Below are positions 49,292 through 58,623 of a DNA stretch of 64,000 nucleotides, one piece after another. The notes below the pieces were generated by a model. It was not told the DNA's origin. It saw nothing but the letters and a program-made list of their open reading frames with translations, and did not search any database. Source of the stretch: an uncultured Nitrospiraceae bacterium (GTDB taxonomy: Bacteria; Nitrospirota; Nitrospiria; Nitrospirales; Nitrospiraceae); the NCBI GenBank assembly GCA_963706325.1, contig CAVPLT010000007.1, positions 800,001-864,000 on the forward strand, in the 5' to 3' direction. Both the position numbers and the translations under genes were made by a program. Positions within the stretch are counted from its first letter, which is position 1. Each line of letters begins with the position of its first letter.

Positions 49292-50290
49292 ATGAACGCT
49301 CCTGTGTTAGTCACCGGCGGTGCCGGTTGTATCGGGATTCAGGTCTGCCGTGAGCTGGATCGACGGGGCATCGAAGTGCATTTGCTGGACCTTGGCGAGC
49401 AAATCGCCCGTGTCAGGCAGGCGCTGCCTGCGAAGACGAAAGTGTTCTACGGGTCGATTTTGGATATCTCCTCGATTCGCGAGGCGATGGACGGCTGTGG
49501 AGCGGTGATTCACCTTGCTGCGCTGCTTGGCGTGCGCCGTACGGAGGTCAATCGTTTACGCTGCCTCGAAATCAATGTCGATGGGACAAAGCGGGTGCTG
49601 GACTGCGCCATCCAGCATCGGATCATGAGACTGGTCTTCGCCTCCTCGTCGGAAGTCTACGGTGAACCGCTGGAGAATCCCATCACGGAGGACACCATCA
49701 CGCAGGGAAAGACCGTGTATGCGGTCAGTAAGCTGGCGGGCGAGGAGCTCTGCATCGGGTATGCGCAACGCTATCCTGAATTCGAGCACGTCATTCTCCG
49801 ATTCTTTAATGCCTATGGACCCTATCAGGCGGCGCAATTCGTATTGCCCAAGTTCATTCAGAATGCCATGACGGGCAAACCGATCGTCATCAACGGCAGC
49901 GGCGATCAAATCCGTTCCTATTGTTACAGCGAAGATACCGCGCGGGGAGTGGTCGAAGCCCTCCTCCGGCGGGAAGCCGCCGGTCAGGTGATCAATCTCG
50001 GCAGCAGCGACCGGCCGACCTCCCTCAAGGATTTGGCGGATCTGGTCGTCAAGGCCAGTGGAAATCCCTCGGTTGAAATCAAATATGCGGCCGATTTTCA
50101 AGGCACCGACCGTCATGCAAGCCGCGAAATCCATCGCCGCTACTGTTCAGGCGACAAGGCGAAACAGTTGCTGGGTTTCGAATCGCGGGTGTCGCTCGAA
50201 GACGGCATCCGGCGTATCATCGAAATGAACAGCATTTTTGAGAAATGGGAAAGCACCGAGTTGCCGTACCTCGTCGATGAGATGACCTGA
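49292..50290 (+). CDS. NAD-dependent epimerase/dehydratase (extended SDR)
   Basis: VLVTGGAGCIG, HLAA, ASSSEVYG, YAVSK, RFFNAYGP. Confidence 0.9.
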   Translation: MNAPVLVTGGAGCIGIQVCRELDRRGIEVHLLDLGEQIARVRQALPAKTKVFYGSILDISSIREAMDGCGAVIHLAALLGVRRTEVNRLRCLEINVDGTKRVLDCAIQHRIMRLVFASSSEVYGEPLENPITEDTITQGKTVYAVSKLAGEELCIGYAQRYPEFEHVILRFFNAYGPYQAAQFVLPKFIQNAMTGKPIVINGSGDQIRSYCYSEDTARGVVEALLRREAAGQVINLGSSDRPTSLKDLADLVVKASGNPSVEIKYAADFQGTDRHASREIHRRYCSGDKAKQLLGFESRVSLEDGIRRIIEMNSIFEKWESTELPYLVDEMT

Positions 50291-50321
50291 GAGGGAGATC
50301 TCCCCTCGTCCGCGCGCCTTC

Positions 50322-52010
50322 ATGACCCATCGCAACTGGAAAACCACCCTTAAGCGCGTCCTTTCTCGAGCGCATGTGCTTCCTGCTGTCCGCAGCCTGC
50401 ATTACCACGTCCACCGGGTGGTCGATCGTGACTTTCGCGCCTCGGAGTTGCTGCGAGAACAAGAATTTCGAGAATTTTCCAGTGGATATGGCGCGGCATT
50501 CCGCAATCTGCGCCCGGTTGAGCAAGGGCAATCGCGACGGGTGTTGGTGGTGAGCTCAGGTTCCCTCGGGCAGCTCGTTGAGATTGCGTTGGTGAAGGCG
50601 TTTCAAGCAGCCGGCTATCATCCGGTGGTTTTGACGGATTATGACCGGTGGGTCGACGCATTTTATCGAGAAGTGGGCATCCAGGACCTGTTGTATTGGG
50701 ATGAGTTCGTGCGCCTGTTGCCCGACGCAGAGGCGGTTCAGGTGATGGCCAACGTCTCGTCCTTTGAGCAACTTCTCACGGTGGACTACGACGGTGTCCG
50801 GGTGGGGAAATATGCGACATCCACCGCGTTGCGTCATCTGCGGGTCGGTCGCCTCGATCTGACGAACCAGGCAGTTCGCGATGCGATTCTGCCGTTTCTG
50901 CAACGATCGATAACCTATGCGAAGGCGGCCCAAGACATTGTGAAGGCCGTGCGTCCGCAGTTGGTGCTGTCTGTCGATCTCGGGTACAGTCCGCGGGGAG
51001 AACTGTACGATGTGTGTTTGGCGGCCGGCCTGGAGACCATTACGTGGAATGCCGCCCACAAAAACAACCAGCTCATGCTCAAACGGTACAGCCGGGCGAA
51101 CCGAGACGTGCATCCGGCCTCTCTTTCGAAACAGACGTGGCATGACCTTCAAGCACAACCTTGGACTGAGGCAGAGCGGGAGCGTCTCCGTCGCGAACTG
51201 GTCGGCAGTTATGTAAGCGGCGAATGGTACGGGGAAGTCGGCACCCAGTTTCATACGTCGCTGCAGGAGGCCGCGGAGATTCGCCGAGCACTGGATCTGG
51301 ACGATCGGAACAAGACTGCGGTCATCTTTTCGCATATCTTCTGGGACGGGACATTTTTTTATGGAACCGATCTTTTTGGAAGCTATGAGGAATGGTTCGT
51401 CGAGACGATGAAGGTCGCCTGTGCCAATCCCCACGTCAATTGGATCGTCAAAATCCATCCCGCCAATATCGTCAAGAACGTGCGGGATGGAGTCGGTTCT
51501 GAGCCGTCGGAGTTGACGGCGATTCGATCACTGGGTGAGACGTTGCCGGCGCATGTCCGAGTCGTTCAACCGGACAGCTGCATGAGCACCCTGTCGCTGT
51601 ATTCGGTGATGGACTACTGTGTGACGGTGCGCGGCACCGTGGGGATCGAGGCGGCCAGTTTTGGCATTCCTGTCCTGACGGCCGGCACGGGGCGATACGA
51701 TCGGCTTGGCTTTACCATCGATTCCGACTCGAGAGCGGAATATTTGAATCGTCTCGCGCACATTCATGAGATTCCCTCTCCGTCGGCCGTTCAACGGACG
51801 TTGGCTGAACGGTTTGCTCATGGTGTGTTCGTTCTACGGCCCTTCAATCTGCAAACGGTAACGCTGGAATATCAGCGCGATGCCAAGGCAAGCTTGCAAA
51901 CCCGGGTGTGCCTGCCGACGGGCCAGGACCTGCGGGCCGCACCGGATCTCCGAGCTCTGGCAAATTGGATCAACAGTGGGCAGGAAGATTTCCTCGCGCC
52001 GCATTTTTAG
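50322..52010 (+). CDS. Capsule-synthesis (KpsS/KpsC-like) protein, candidate ulosonic-acid transferase
   Basis: C-terminal VKIHP and VTVRGTVGIEA..FGIPVL.AG motifs; follows neuABC. Confidence 0.65.
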   Translation: MTHRNWKTTLKRVLSRAHVLPAVRSLHYHVHRVVDRDFRASELLREQEFREFSSGYGAAFRNLRPVEQGQSRRVLVVSSGSLGQLVEIALVKAFQAAGYHPVVLTDYDRWVDAFYREVGIQDLLYWDEFVRLLPDAEAVQVMANVSSFEQLLTVDYDGVRVGKYATSTALRHLRVGRLDLTNQAVRDAILPFLQRSITYAKAAQDIVKAVRPQLVLSVDLGYSPRGELYDVCLAAGLETITWNAAHKNNQLMLKRYSRANRDVHPASLSKQTWHDLQAQPWTEAERERLRRELVGSYVSGEWYGEVGTQFHTSLQEAAEIRRALDLDDRNKTAVIFSHIFWDGTFFYGTDLFGSYEEWFVETMKVACANPHVNWIVKIHPANIVKNVRDGVGSEPSELTAIRSLGETLPAHVRVVQPDSCMSTLSLYSVMDYCVTVRGTVGIEAASFGIPVLTAGTGRYDRLGFTIDSDSRAEYLNRLAHIHEIPSPSAVQRTLAERFAHGVFVLRPFNLQTVTLEYQRDAKASLQTRVCLPTGQDLRAAPDLRALANWINSGQEDFLAPHF

Positions 52011-52056
52011 GACTTAAGCCAGGGGCCTCCCACAATCATTCAGTGAGGTCGTCGTC

Positions 52057-54012
52057 ATGTGTGGCATAGCCGGGATGGTGGGATCAGACGCCTCTGAACA
52101 GGTGCGGTCGATGACGGACGCACTCGTCCATCGCGGACCGGATGAGGGCGGATACTATGACGATCCCCCGTCTCAACTGTGCCTGGGCATGCGGCGGCTC
52201 AGTATCCTGGATCTTGAATATGGACACCAGCCGATGGCGAACCGGGATCAGTCCGTCTGGATCGTCTACAACGGCGAAATTTTCAATTCACCGGAGTTGC
52301 GGCGGCAACTTGAGCAACGTCACCACCAGTTCGTGACGGCGAATTCCGATACCGAAACCCTGCTCAAGCTGTACGAAGAGAAGCAGGAAAATATGCTGGC
52401 GGACCTGAACGGCATGTTCGCCTTCGTATTGCACGACCGCAAGCGCAATCTATTATTCGGCGCGCGCGACCGGTTGGGCATCAAGCCGTTATATTATGCC
52501 AGGACACCGTCGGCCTTTGGGTTTGCGTCGGAGCTCAAAAGTCTTCTCAAGATATCTGGGATGGCGCGTGCGCTCGATCATGCGAGCCTCTCGCACTATC
52601 TGACGTTGCGGTTCGTGCCCGGGACGTCTTCCATGGTGAAGGGGATCTCACGCCTAGCGCCGGGGCATTGGTTTCGATATGAGTTGGAAACGGGCCGCTT
52701 GGAGACCCATTGTTATTGGCGGCCCTCTTTTGCTCCCGAGAAAGGTCGTTCGGTTGCGGAATGGAGCGAGCTCGTTCGAACGGAGTTGCGGGCCGCCGTG
52801 CAGCGCTGGAGCCTCAGCGATGTACCCATCGGCTGTTCCTTATCAGGCGGATTGGATTCCTCCAGCATTGTGGGTTTGCTTGCTGAGAGTGGTCATCGAC
52901 AGCTCAAGACGTACTCGCTTGGCTTTGTCGGTATTGGCGCTGCCACGCTCGATGAATTGCCGTTGGCGAGAAAGGTAGCTGAGCGCTGGGGGACCGACCA
53001 TCATGAGTTGGTCCTGCAGCCCGATGATCTGCTCCGTGACTTGCTCAAAATGGTGTGGTATTTGGATGAGCCGTACGGTGGGGGGGTGCCGTCCTGGTAT
53101 GTCTTTGAGTTCATGCATCGCGATGTCAAAGTCGGCATGACGGGAACCGGCGGCGACGAATTGTTCGGAGACTACGGGCGCTACATCGCACTCGAGCAAG
53201 AGATCGCCGGCCGGCCGGCGGGATCATCGACTGTTCCGGCTTGGATGGAACGCTGCTGGCCGCTCGTCTCGTCGTTCGTCGATCGCCTTCCGCATGGAGT
53301 CGGAAGTTTGCGGTCGCGAGAGCGATGGCGTAACTGGCCCAAGGTCGGACGCGATCCGTTCATGTGGGACTATGTGCATGCGTTTTATTATTTCTCCGAC
53401 GACACGAAGCGGAAAGACGTGTTGGCGGATTTGGGAGAGCCAAGGCCGGAGCAAGACACCGTCGAGATGTTGCGGGACTATTATCGTCAATTAGACAGTG
53501 CGCAGCCGCGGGATGCGCTGATGCAGCTGGCGATGCGCACCCAACTACCGGAAGAGTTTCTCTTCATGACCGACCGGTTTTCGATGGCGCATTCGCTCGA
53601 AGCGCGGGTGCCGTTTTTGGACCATGCGTTCGTTGAACTGATGATGCGGATTCCGTCACAGATTCGCACCAAACCGGGGGATCCCAAATACTTACTGCGA
53701 CAGGCGGTGAAAGATCTGTTGCCGGGCGAGCTGCTCCATGCGCCCAAGCGGGGGTTCGTAATTCCGACGGCACAATGGCTTCGTGGCCCTTTGCGCCCAC
53801 TGGCTGAACGGCTGCTGGCACCCAAACGTCTCGCTGATCAAGGACTCTTTCGACCGGAGTTCTATCGCCGGTTTGTCTGGCCCCATCTGGAAGGACGTGC
53901 CGATTATCATCCTCAAATCTGGACGGTGCTCATGTTTCAGCTCTGGCACAGTCTGTATGTCGAACTAGCCCTCACGGATTGCCCGAATTTTTCCTGGCAG
54001 GAGTTGTGTTAA
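52057..54012 (+). CDS. asnB: Second asparagine-synthase-like amidotransferase
   Basis: MCGIAG, HRGPD, RRLSILD, YNGEIFN, RDRLGIKPLYY, LSGGLDSS, GGDELF, SMAHSLEARVPFLD. Confidence 0.9.
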   Translation: MCGIAGMVGSDASEQVRSMTDALVHRGPDEGGYYDDPPSQLCLGMRRLSILDLEYGHQPMANRDQSVWIVYNGEIFNSPELRRQLEQRHHQFVTANSDTETLLKLYEEKQENMLADLNGMFAFVLHDRKRNLLFGARDRLGIKPLYYARTPSAFGFASELKSLLKISGMARALDHASLSHYLTLRFVPGTSSMVKGISRLAPGHWFRYELETGRLETHCYWRPSFAPEKGRSVAEWSELVRTELRAAVQRWSLSDVPIGCSLSGGLDSSSIVGLLAESGHRQLKTYSLGFVGIGAATLDELPLARKVAERWGTDHHELVLQPDDLLRDLLKMVWYLDEPYGGGVPSWYVFEFMHRDVKVGMTGTGGDELFGDYGRYIALEQEIAGRPAGSSTVPAWMERCWPLVSSFVDRLPHGVGSLRSRERWRNWPKVGRDPFMWDYVHAFYYFSDDTKRKDVLADLGEPRPEQDTVEMLRDYYRQLDSAQPRDALMQLAMRTQLPEEFLFMTDRFSMAHSLEARVPFLDHAFVELMMRIPSQIRTKPGDPKYLLRQAVKDLLPGELLHAPKRGFVIPTAQWLRGPLRPLAERLLAPKRLADQGLFRPEFYRRFVWPHLEGRADYHPQIWTVLMFQLWHSLYVELALTDCPNFSWQELC

Positions 54013-54100
54013 GCCATACAGGTGAACCATATCACTGAATACTGAGCCTCTATTGTCGATCTGTGCGGGCGTGCGGTAGAAGGGAGCGTGGAGAAGTACG

Positions 54101-55102
54101 ATGCGTCGGGAGCATATCTCTGAGTTAGTCTGCGGCGGTGGACAACATAACCTGAATTTGCAGGAAGGCGCTCATGAGGAACAGGGGGAAATCAAAGAGG
54201 GCGTTCTAACCTGTGCGGCCACATGCCCGCCAGTGCCGATTCGCAAGTTTGTGCCGCGGTTTGTGCCCAATAGCGGCTATTCCCAAAACTTCGGCGAGCA
54301 GTGGAATCATTTTCGTCGGACGCAAATCGATAAGTTCAATGGAACGACCCTGTCGAAGGAGCGATTCTACAGCGGGACCGGATGGTCGCCTGCTGAACTC
54401 AAAGGCGCCAGGATTCTGGAGGCCGGTTGTGGCGCAGGGCGCTTCACTCAAATTATGTTGGACGCCGGTGCGCGCGTGTATTCCGTCGACCTCAGCTCAG
54501 CCGTGGATGCCTGTTTTGCCAATAACGGCCCTCGTGAGAACCTGTGCGTCGTCCAGGCCGATCTCTGTCGGATTCCCTTTCGGCATCATTCGTTCGACAA
54601 GGTCTTCTGCTATGGCGTCATACAGCACACGCCTCTTCCGCGCGCGTCCTTCATGAGTCTCATCCCGTTTCTCAAACCGGGTGGCGATCTGGCCGTGGAT
54701 GTTTATCTGAAGGGGTGGGCGTTGGAGCCCTACAAAAGTAAATATCTCTATCGGCCACTCACCACGAGGATACCGCGTCACCTGCTGTTTGGATTCCTCC
54801 AGTGGTACATCCCGAAATGGCTTCCCGTGGATACCTTCATCAAGCGTCTTCCTGCCGTGGGCCGGGTGCTGGGCATGCTCATTCCATGCTGGAACTATCA
54901 TTATCTGCCCTTGTCTCAGCAACAAAAGACCGAATGGGCAATCCTCGACACCTTTGATGCGCTAGCCCCTGCCTATGATGACCCACAGACCCCCGAGTCG
55001 GTCACCGAATGGTTCACAAGTGCCGGATTAGTCGATATCCGGGTACGACCGGGCGGCAATGGGGTGCTCGGAAACGGGAAGGCGCGGCCCCTGCCGGTCT
55101 AA
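54101..55102 (+). CDS. SAM methyltransferase with N-terminal Trm112-like segment
   Basis: L.C...G.LTC...PI...VPRF N-terminus; FG.QW, ILEAGCGAGRF, GVIQHTP, LKPGG, DTFD.L.P.Y. Confidence 0.85.
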   Translation: MRREHISELVCGGGQHNLNLQEGAHEEQGEIKEGVLTCAATCPPVPIRKFVPRFVPNSGYSQNFGEQWNHFRRTQIDKFNGTTLSKERFYSGTGWSPAELKGARILEAGCGAGRFTQIMLDAGARVYSVDLSSAVDACFANNGPRENLCVVQADLCRIPFRHHSFDKVFCYGVIQHTPLPRASFMSLIPFLKPGGDLAVDVYLKGWALEPYKSKYLYRPLTTRIPRHLLFGFLQWYIPKWLPVDTFIKRLPAVGRVLGMLIPCWNYHYLPLSQQQKTEWAILDTFDALAPAYDDPQTPESVTEWFTSAGLVDIRVRPGGNGVLGNGKARPLPV

Positions 55103-55111
55103 CGGACCGAC

Positions 55112-56347
55112 ATGAATATTCTTCATCTCAGCACTGAATACAACCTGGGCGGGTCTGGCCGGGCCGCATACCGGATTCATTCCAGCCTCATTCAGCGGGG
55201 GCATGCCTCGCGGATGCTCGTGTCCGGTCCGGTCCAAGGAGTGCCTGACGCCGGCCCGATCTGGGGAACGCTGCCATGGCGGGCGATGGATTGGGTCGCG
55301 CGCCGGGCTACCGATGCGTTGAGTCTCCAGTATCTCTTCTTACCGTCTTCCTGGAGGCTGCTGAGGCATCCCTGGTTTCTCGCGGCAGACGTGGTTCAGC
55401 TCTACAACACGCACGGAGGATATTTCAGCCACTCTGTGCTGGGAGTCGCCAGCCGCCGTAAGCCGTTCGTCTGGCGACTATCCGATATGTGGCCGTTGAC
55501 GGGCCATTGCTGCTATTCCTATGAGTGTAATCGATGGATGACCGGCTGTGGTTCGTGCCCGTTGCTGACGGATGATCCGGCTTTGAAGACAGACCGGACC
55601 GCTCTGTTGTGGCGAACCAAACAGCGCATGTATGCTCGTGCGAACGTCACGCTGGTCGCTCCCTCGCAATGGATCGCCGGTCTTGCCAAGCAGAGCCCGC
55701 TCGTCGGGCATTGGCCGGTCACAATAATTCCAAATGGTCTGGATCTGACGGTGTTTCGGCCGATCAATCGAGCCGCGGCCCGGGAAGTGTTAGGGCTGCC
55801 GCAAGATGAGGATTTCGTGTTATTCAGTTCGGTGGAAACGCAGGCCTATCGGAAGGGTGGAACATTCGTGGCCGAGGCCGTGAACGCGCTCAAAGGAAAG
55901 ACTCGCAAACCTTTCAGGCTCTTGGTGGTCGGGCACCGTGCGCGAGAGTGGGAGAGGGCGGTGAGTGTCCCCGTCACTGCGATTGATATGGTGAAGGACG
56001 ATAATCTGCTGACGGCCCTCTACTCCGCTGCGGATCTGTTCGTTCATCCTGCCCTGGCGGACAACCTGCCGAACGGTGTGTTGGAAAGCCTGGCTTGCGG
56101 CACCCCGGTCGTCGCGTTCGACGTGGGCGGGGTGGGGGAGGCGGTACGGCCAATGGAGACCGGTTTTCTCGCGCGGTATAAGGATGCCGGTGATCTGGCT
56201 GAGGGAATCAAACGTCTCCTGGACGATCCCGACTTACGGCGCCGTCTGAGTGCAAAATGCCGTGAAGTTGCGGAAGCTGAATACGACATGGCGTTACAAA
56301 CCCAACGGTTTGAGGAGTTGTATGCTGCGGTGATCCATGGCCGATAG
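55112..56347 (+). CDS. GT4 glycosyltransferase (WcaC-like)
   Basis: GGSGRAAYRIH, W.L.DMWPLTGHC, APS.W, IPNG.D, DNLPN...ESLACGTPVV.F.VGG. Confidence 0.9.
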   Translation: MNILHLSTEYNLGGSGRAAYRIHSSLIQRGHASRMLVSGPVQGVPDAGPIWGTLPWRAMDWVARRATDALSLQYLFLPSSWRLLRHPWFLAADVVQLYNTHGGYFSHSVLGVASRRKPFVWRLSDMWPLTGHCCYSYECNRWMTGCGSCPLLTDDPALKTDRTALLWRTKQRMYARANVTLVAPSQWIAGLAKQSPLVGHWPVTIIPNGLDLTVFRPINRAAAREVLGLPQDEDFVLFSSVETQAYRKGGTFVAEAVNALKGKTRKPFRLLVVGHRAREWERAVSVPVTAIDMVKDDNLLTALYSAADLFVHPALADNLPNGVLESLACGTPVVAFDVGGVGEAVRPMETGFLARYKDAGDLAEGIKRLLDDPDLRRRLSAKCREVAEAEYDMALQTQRFEELYAAVIHGR

Positions 56348-57182
56348 CCAAGCCGGGAACTTCCCCGAAACTTCATACGGCATTGTGAAGCGGTTGGAGA
56401 CCATTGAAGCCTGGACGGCTGCGGTCGCGAAGCGTTTGCGGAAATCCTCTCTCTCAATTCTCGACTACGGCTGCGGCACTGGCGATCATGTGACCTATCC
56501 ATTGGCCTGTCGAGGCCATGGCGTGCTGGGCGTGGACATGCATGAGCCGTCCATTCAGGAAGCGCAACGACGATATCCGTTACCGAACCTCGTGTTTCGA
56601 ATCGGCCATCTTGAATCGTTGATCCAAGAACATCTCACTTTCGATCTGATCGTCTGTTCCGAAGTGCTGGAACACCTGCATGAGCCGCTGGACTGTCTCG
56701 GCATCATGCAGCAACTTCTCAATTCGGGAGGGGCGCTCGTTATCACCACACCCAACGGCTATGGGTCTTATGAGTTGTTCTGCCGGCTGCAGCGAGGACT
56801 GACCAGGATCGGGATCGATCAGATTGCTCGCGGTGTGGTTCATGCCCGGCGGCGGGCCAGAGCCCGGTCGATTGAAGCAGCCCCGCCGGTGAAAACGTCG
56901 CCCTCACACGATCAGGTGGGATTCTTGAATTTTGAGTCCGGCCATGTGCAGTTTTTTCGCGTGCGGCGCTTGATGCAATTGTTCGATGCCGGTGGATTTC
57001 GGGTGGCGGAGCGGCGGGCAAGAACCTTCTTATGCGGGCCGTACATTGATGTCCTGCTGCGACTCCCGCCCTTTCGACAGGTCCTGTATAGGATCAACAA
57101 TCGGGTCGCCGATGTATTGCCGTTCGCTTGGTCTGCTGATTGGATGTTTTTGCTGGAACCCACCGAAAAGAGTCTCGTGTGA
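56337..57182 (+). CDS. Class I SAM methyltransferase
   Basis: ILDYGCGTG, FD.IVCSEVLEHL..P, GG..VITTPN. Confidence 0.88.
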   Translation: MADSQAGNFPETSYGIVKRLETIEAWTAAVAKRLRKSSLSILDYGCGTGDHVTYPLACRGHGVLGVDMHEPSIQEAQRRYPLPNLVFRIGHLESLIQEHLTFDLIVCSEVLEHLHEPLDCLGIMQQLLNSGGALVITTPNGYGSYELFCRLQRGLTRIGIDQIARGVVHARRRARARSIEAAPPVKTSPSHDQVGFLNFESGHVQFFRVRRLMQLFDAGGFRVAERRARTFLCGPYIDVLLRLPPFRQVLYRINNRVADVLPFAWSADWMFLLEPTEKSLV

Positions 57183-58489
57183 CGCTGGACTATCCTCGAA
57201 TTCTCGTGGTGACGGGAAACAACTTCAATCTTGTTACCGGCGGTGGCATCACATTGACTAATCTTTTCCGCGGCTGGCCGGCCGATCGAATTGCCAATAT
57301 GCATGACGATGCCACGCCGGTCGATCGGACCGTCTGCAAAAACTTCTACCGCCTGACGGAACAGGACATCCGTTGGGTCTGGCCCTTCTCTCTGGTCAGA
57401 CGTTCGTACGGGCATGTCAAACGTCTCTCCGGGGATCGTGAGGGCCCAGCCGGCGCGCCAGCCGCATCTGCCGCCACCTCGTCCATCAACATCGCTAGAC
57501 GGTTTATCGGCGACAGCACGCCCAAGCGTGCCCATCTCACGCGAGATCTCACCGCGTGGGTGAATGAATTTCGTCCCACGCTGTTGTATGGCTTTCTCGG
57601 GTCACTGGAGCAGGTGGATCTGACACGTCAGCTCGCGAGGCGATGGGCGATTCCGTTGGTGGTGCACATGATGGATGACTGGCCTGCGGTGCTGCATACC
57701 GGGGGTCTGTTGGGGCCGGTCATCGGGCCGATTCTGCGTCGAGAATTGAAGGCGACTCTCCATGAAGCCGTGGCCAGGTTCGCCATATGCGAGGAGATGT
57801 GCGAGGAATATCAACAGCGCTATGGCCATCCGTTTCAGCCGTTCCAGAACGCGCTCGATGTGGAACGGTGGTTGCCGGATTCTCGAATCAACTGGAAAGC
57901 GGGCACTCCGTTTATCCTGCGCTATGCGGGATCGATCGTGCCGGACGGACAGCGGGAAAGTCTCAGAGATCTCGCCCGCGCCATCGCCCGGTTGTCGGCT
58001 GAAGCCATCGACGTGCAATTGTGGATTCACTCACCGCCACAGGAATCAGCCTATCTCCGCGATCTGGCTTCTCACGCCGTTCGGATCGAGGGTCCACCGG
58101 ATCCGAAGTCGATTGCGGCGCTCCTCGCGGGAACGGATCTGCTGGTCTTGCCTTACAACTTCGATGCGCGCAGTGCCCGGTACATCCGGCTTTCCCTTCC
58201 GACGAAGGCGCCGGCATATATGATTTCAGGAACTCCTATTCTGGTGTATGCTCCCGGCGACGTAGCGACTGCGCGGTATGCCACACGCGAGGGCTGGGGA
58301 TATGTCGTGGATTCTAGGAGTGAGGAGCGGTTAATGTTAGCGGTGCGAACGCTGATGCAGAACGAATCGCTTCGCGAGCAACTCGGCCGTCGCGCGCAGC
58401 AAGTCGCCTTGGCACGGCATGATGCATCGGTGGTTCGGTCGGTCTTTTGGACTGCGCTCTGCGAGGCGTCCCGAAAGAGCGCTGTCTAG
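57179..58489 (+). CDS. GT-B glycosyltransferase
   Basis: HMMDDW, YAGS, DLLVLP.NF, SLPTK.PAYM.SG.PIL; GTG start overlapping upstream TGA. Confidence 0.8.
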   Translation: MTLDYPRILVVTGNNFNLVTGGGITLTNLFRGWPADRIANMHDDATPVDRTVCKNFYRLTEQDIRWVWPFSLVRRSYGHVKRLSGDREGPAGAPAASAATSSINIARRFIGDSTPKRAHLTRDLTAWVNEFRPTLLYGFLGSLEQVDLTRQLARRWAIPLVVHMMDDWPAVLHTGGLLGPVIGPILRRELKATLHEAVARFAICEEMCEEYQQRYGHPFQPFQNALDVERWLPDSRINWKAGTPFILRYAGSIVPDGQRESLRDLARAIARLSAEAIDVQLWIHSPPQESAYLRDLASHAVRIEGPPDPKSIAALLAGTDLLVLPYNFDARSARYIRLSLPTKAPAYMISGTPILVYAPGDVATARYATREGWGYVVDSRSEERLMLAVRTLMQNESLREQLGRRAQQVALARHDASVVRSVFWTALCEASRKSAV

Positions 58490-58508
58490 TGTCTGCTCTC
58501 AATCCAGG

Positions 58509-58558
58509 CTCAACGGTCTTTCGGGCAGCAGGACCGAACCGTCCGAGTACCGTTTGAG
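58509..58558 (+). other. Intergenic imperfect hairpin of about 16 bp
   Basis: CTCAACGGT/ACCGTTTGAG outer stem, TTCGGGC/GTCCGAG inner stem. Confidence 0.45.
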
Positions 58559-58623
58559 TGGTTTAAGTTAACGCAGCGCGAGTCTAGACCGAGGTATGAC
58601 GGGGGGAGAGATCGAGGAGATCC

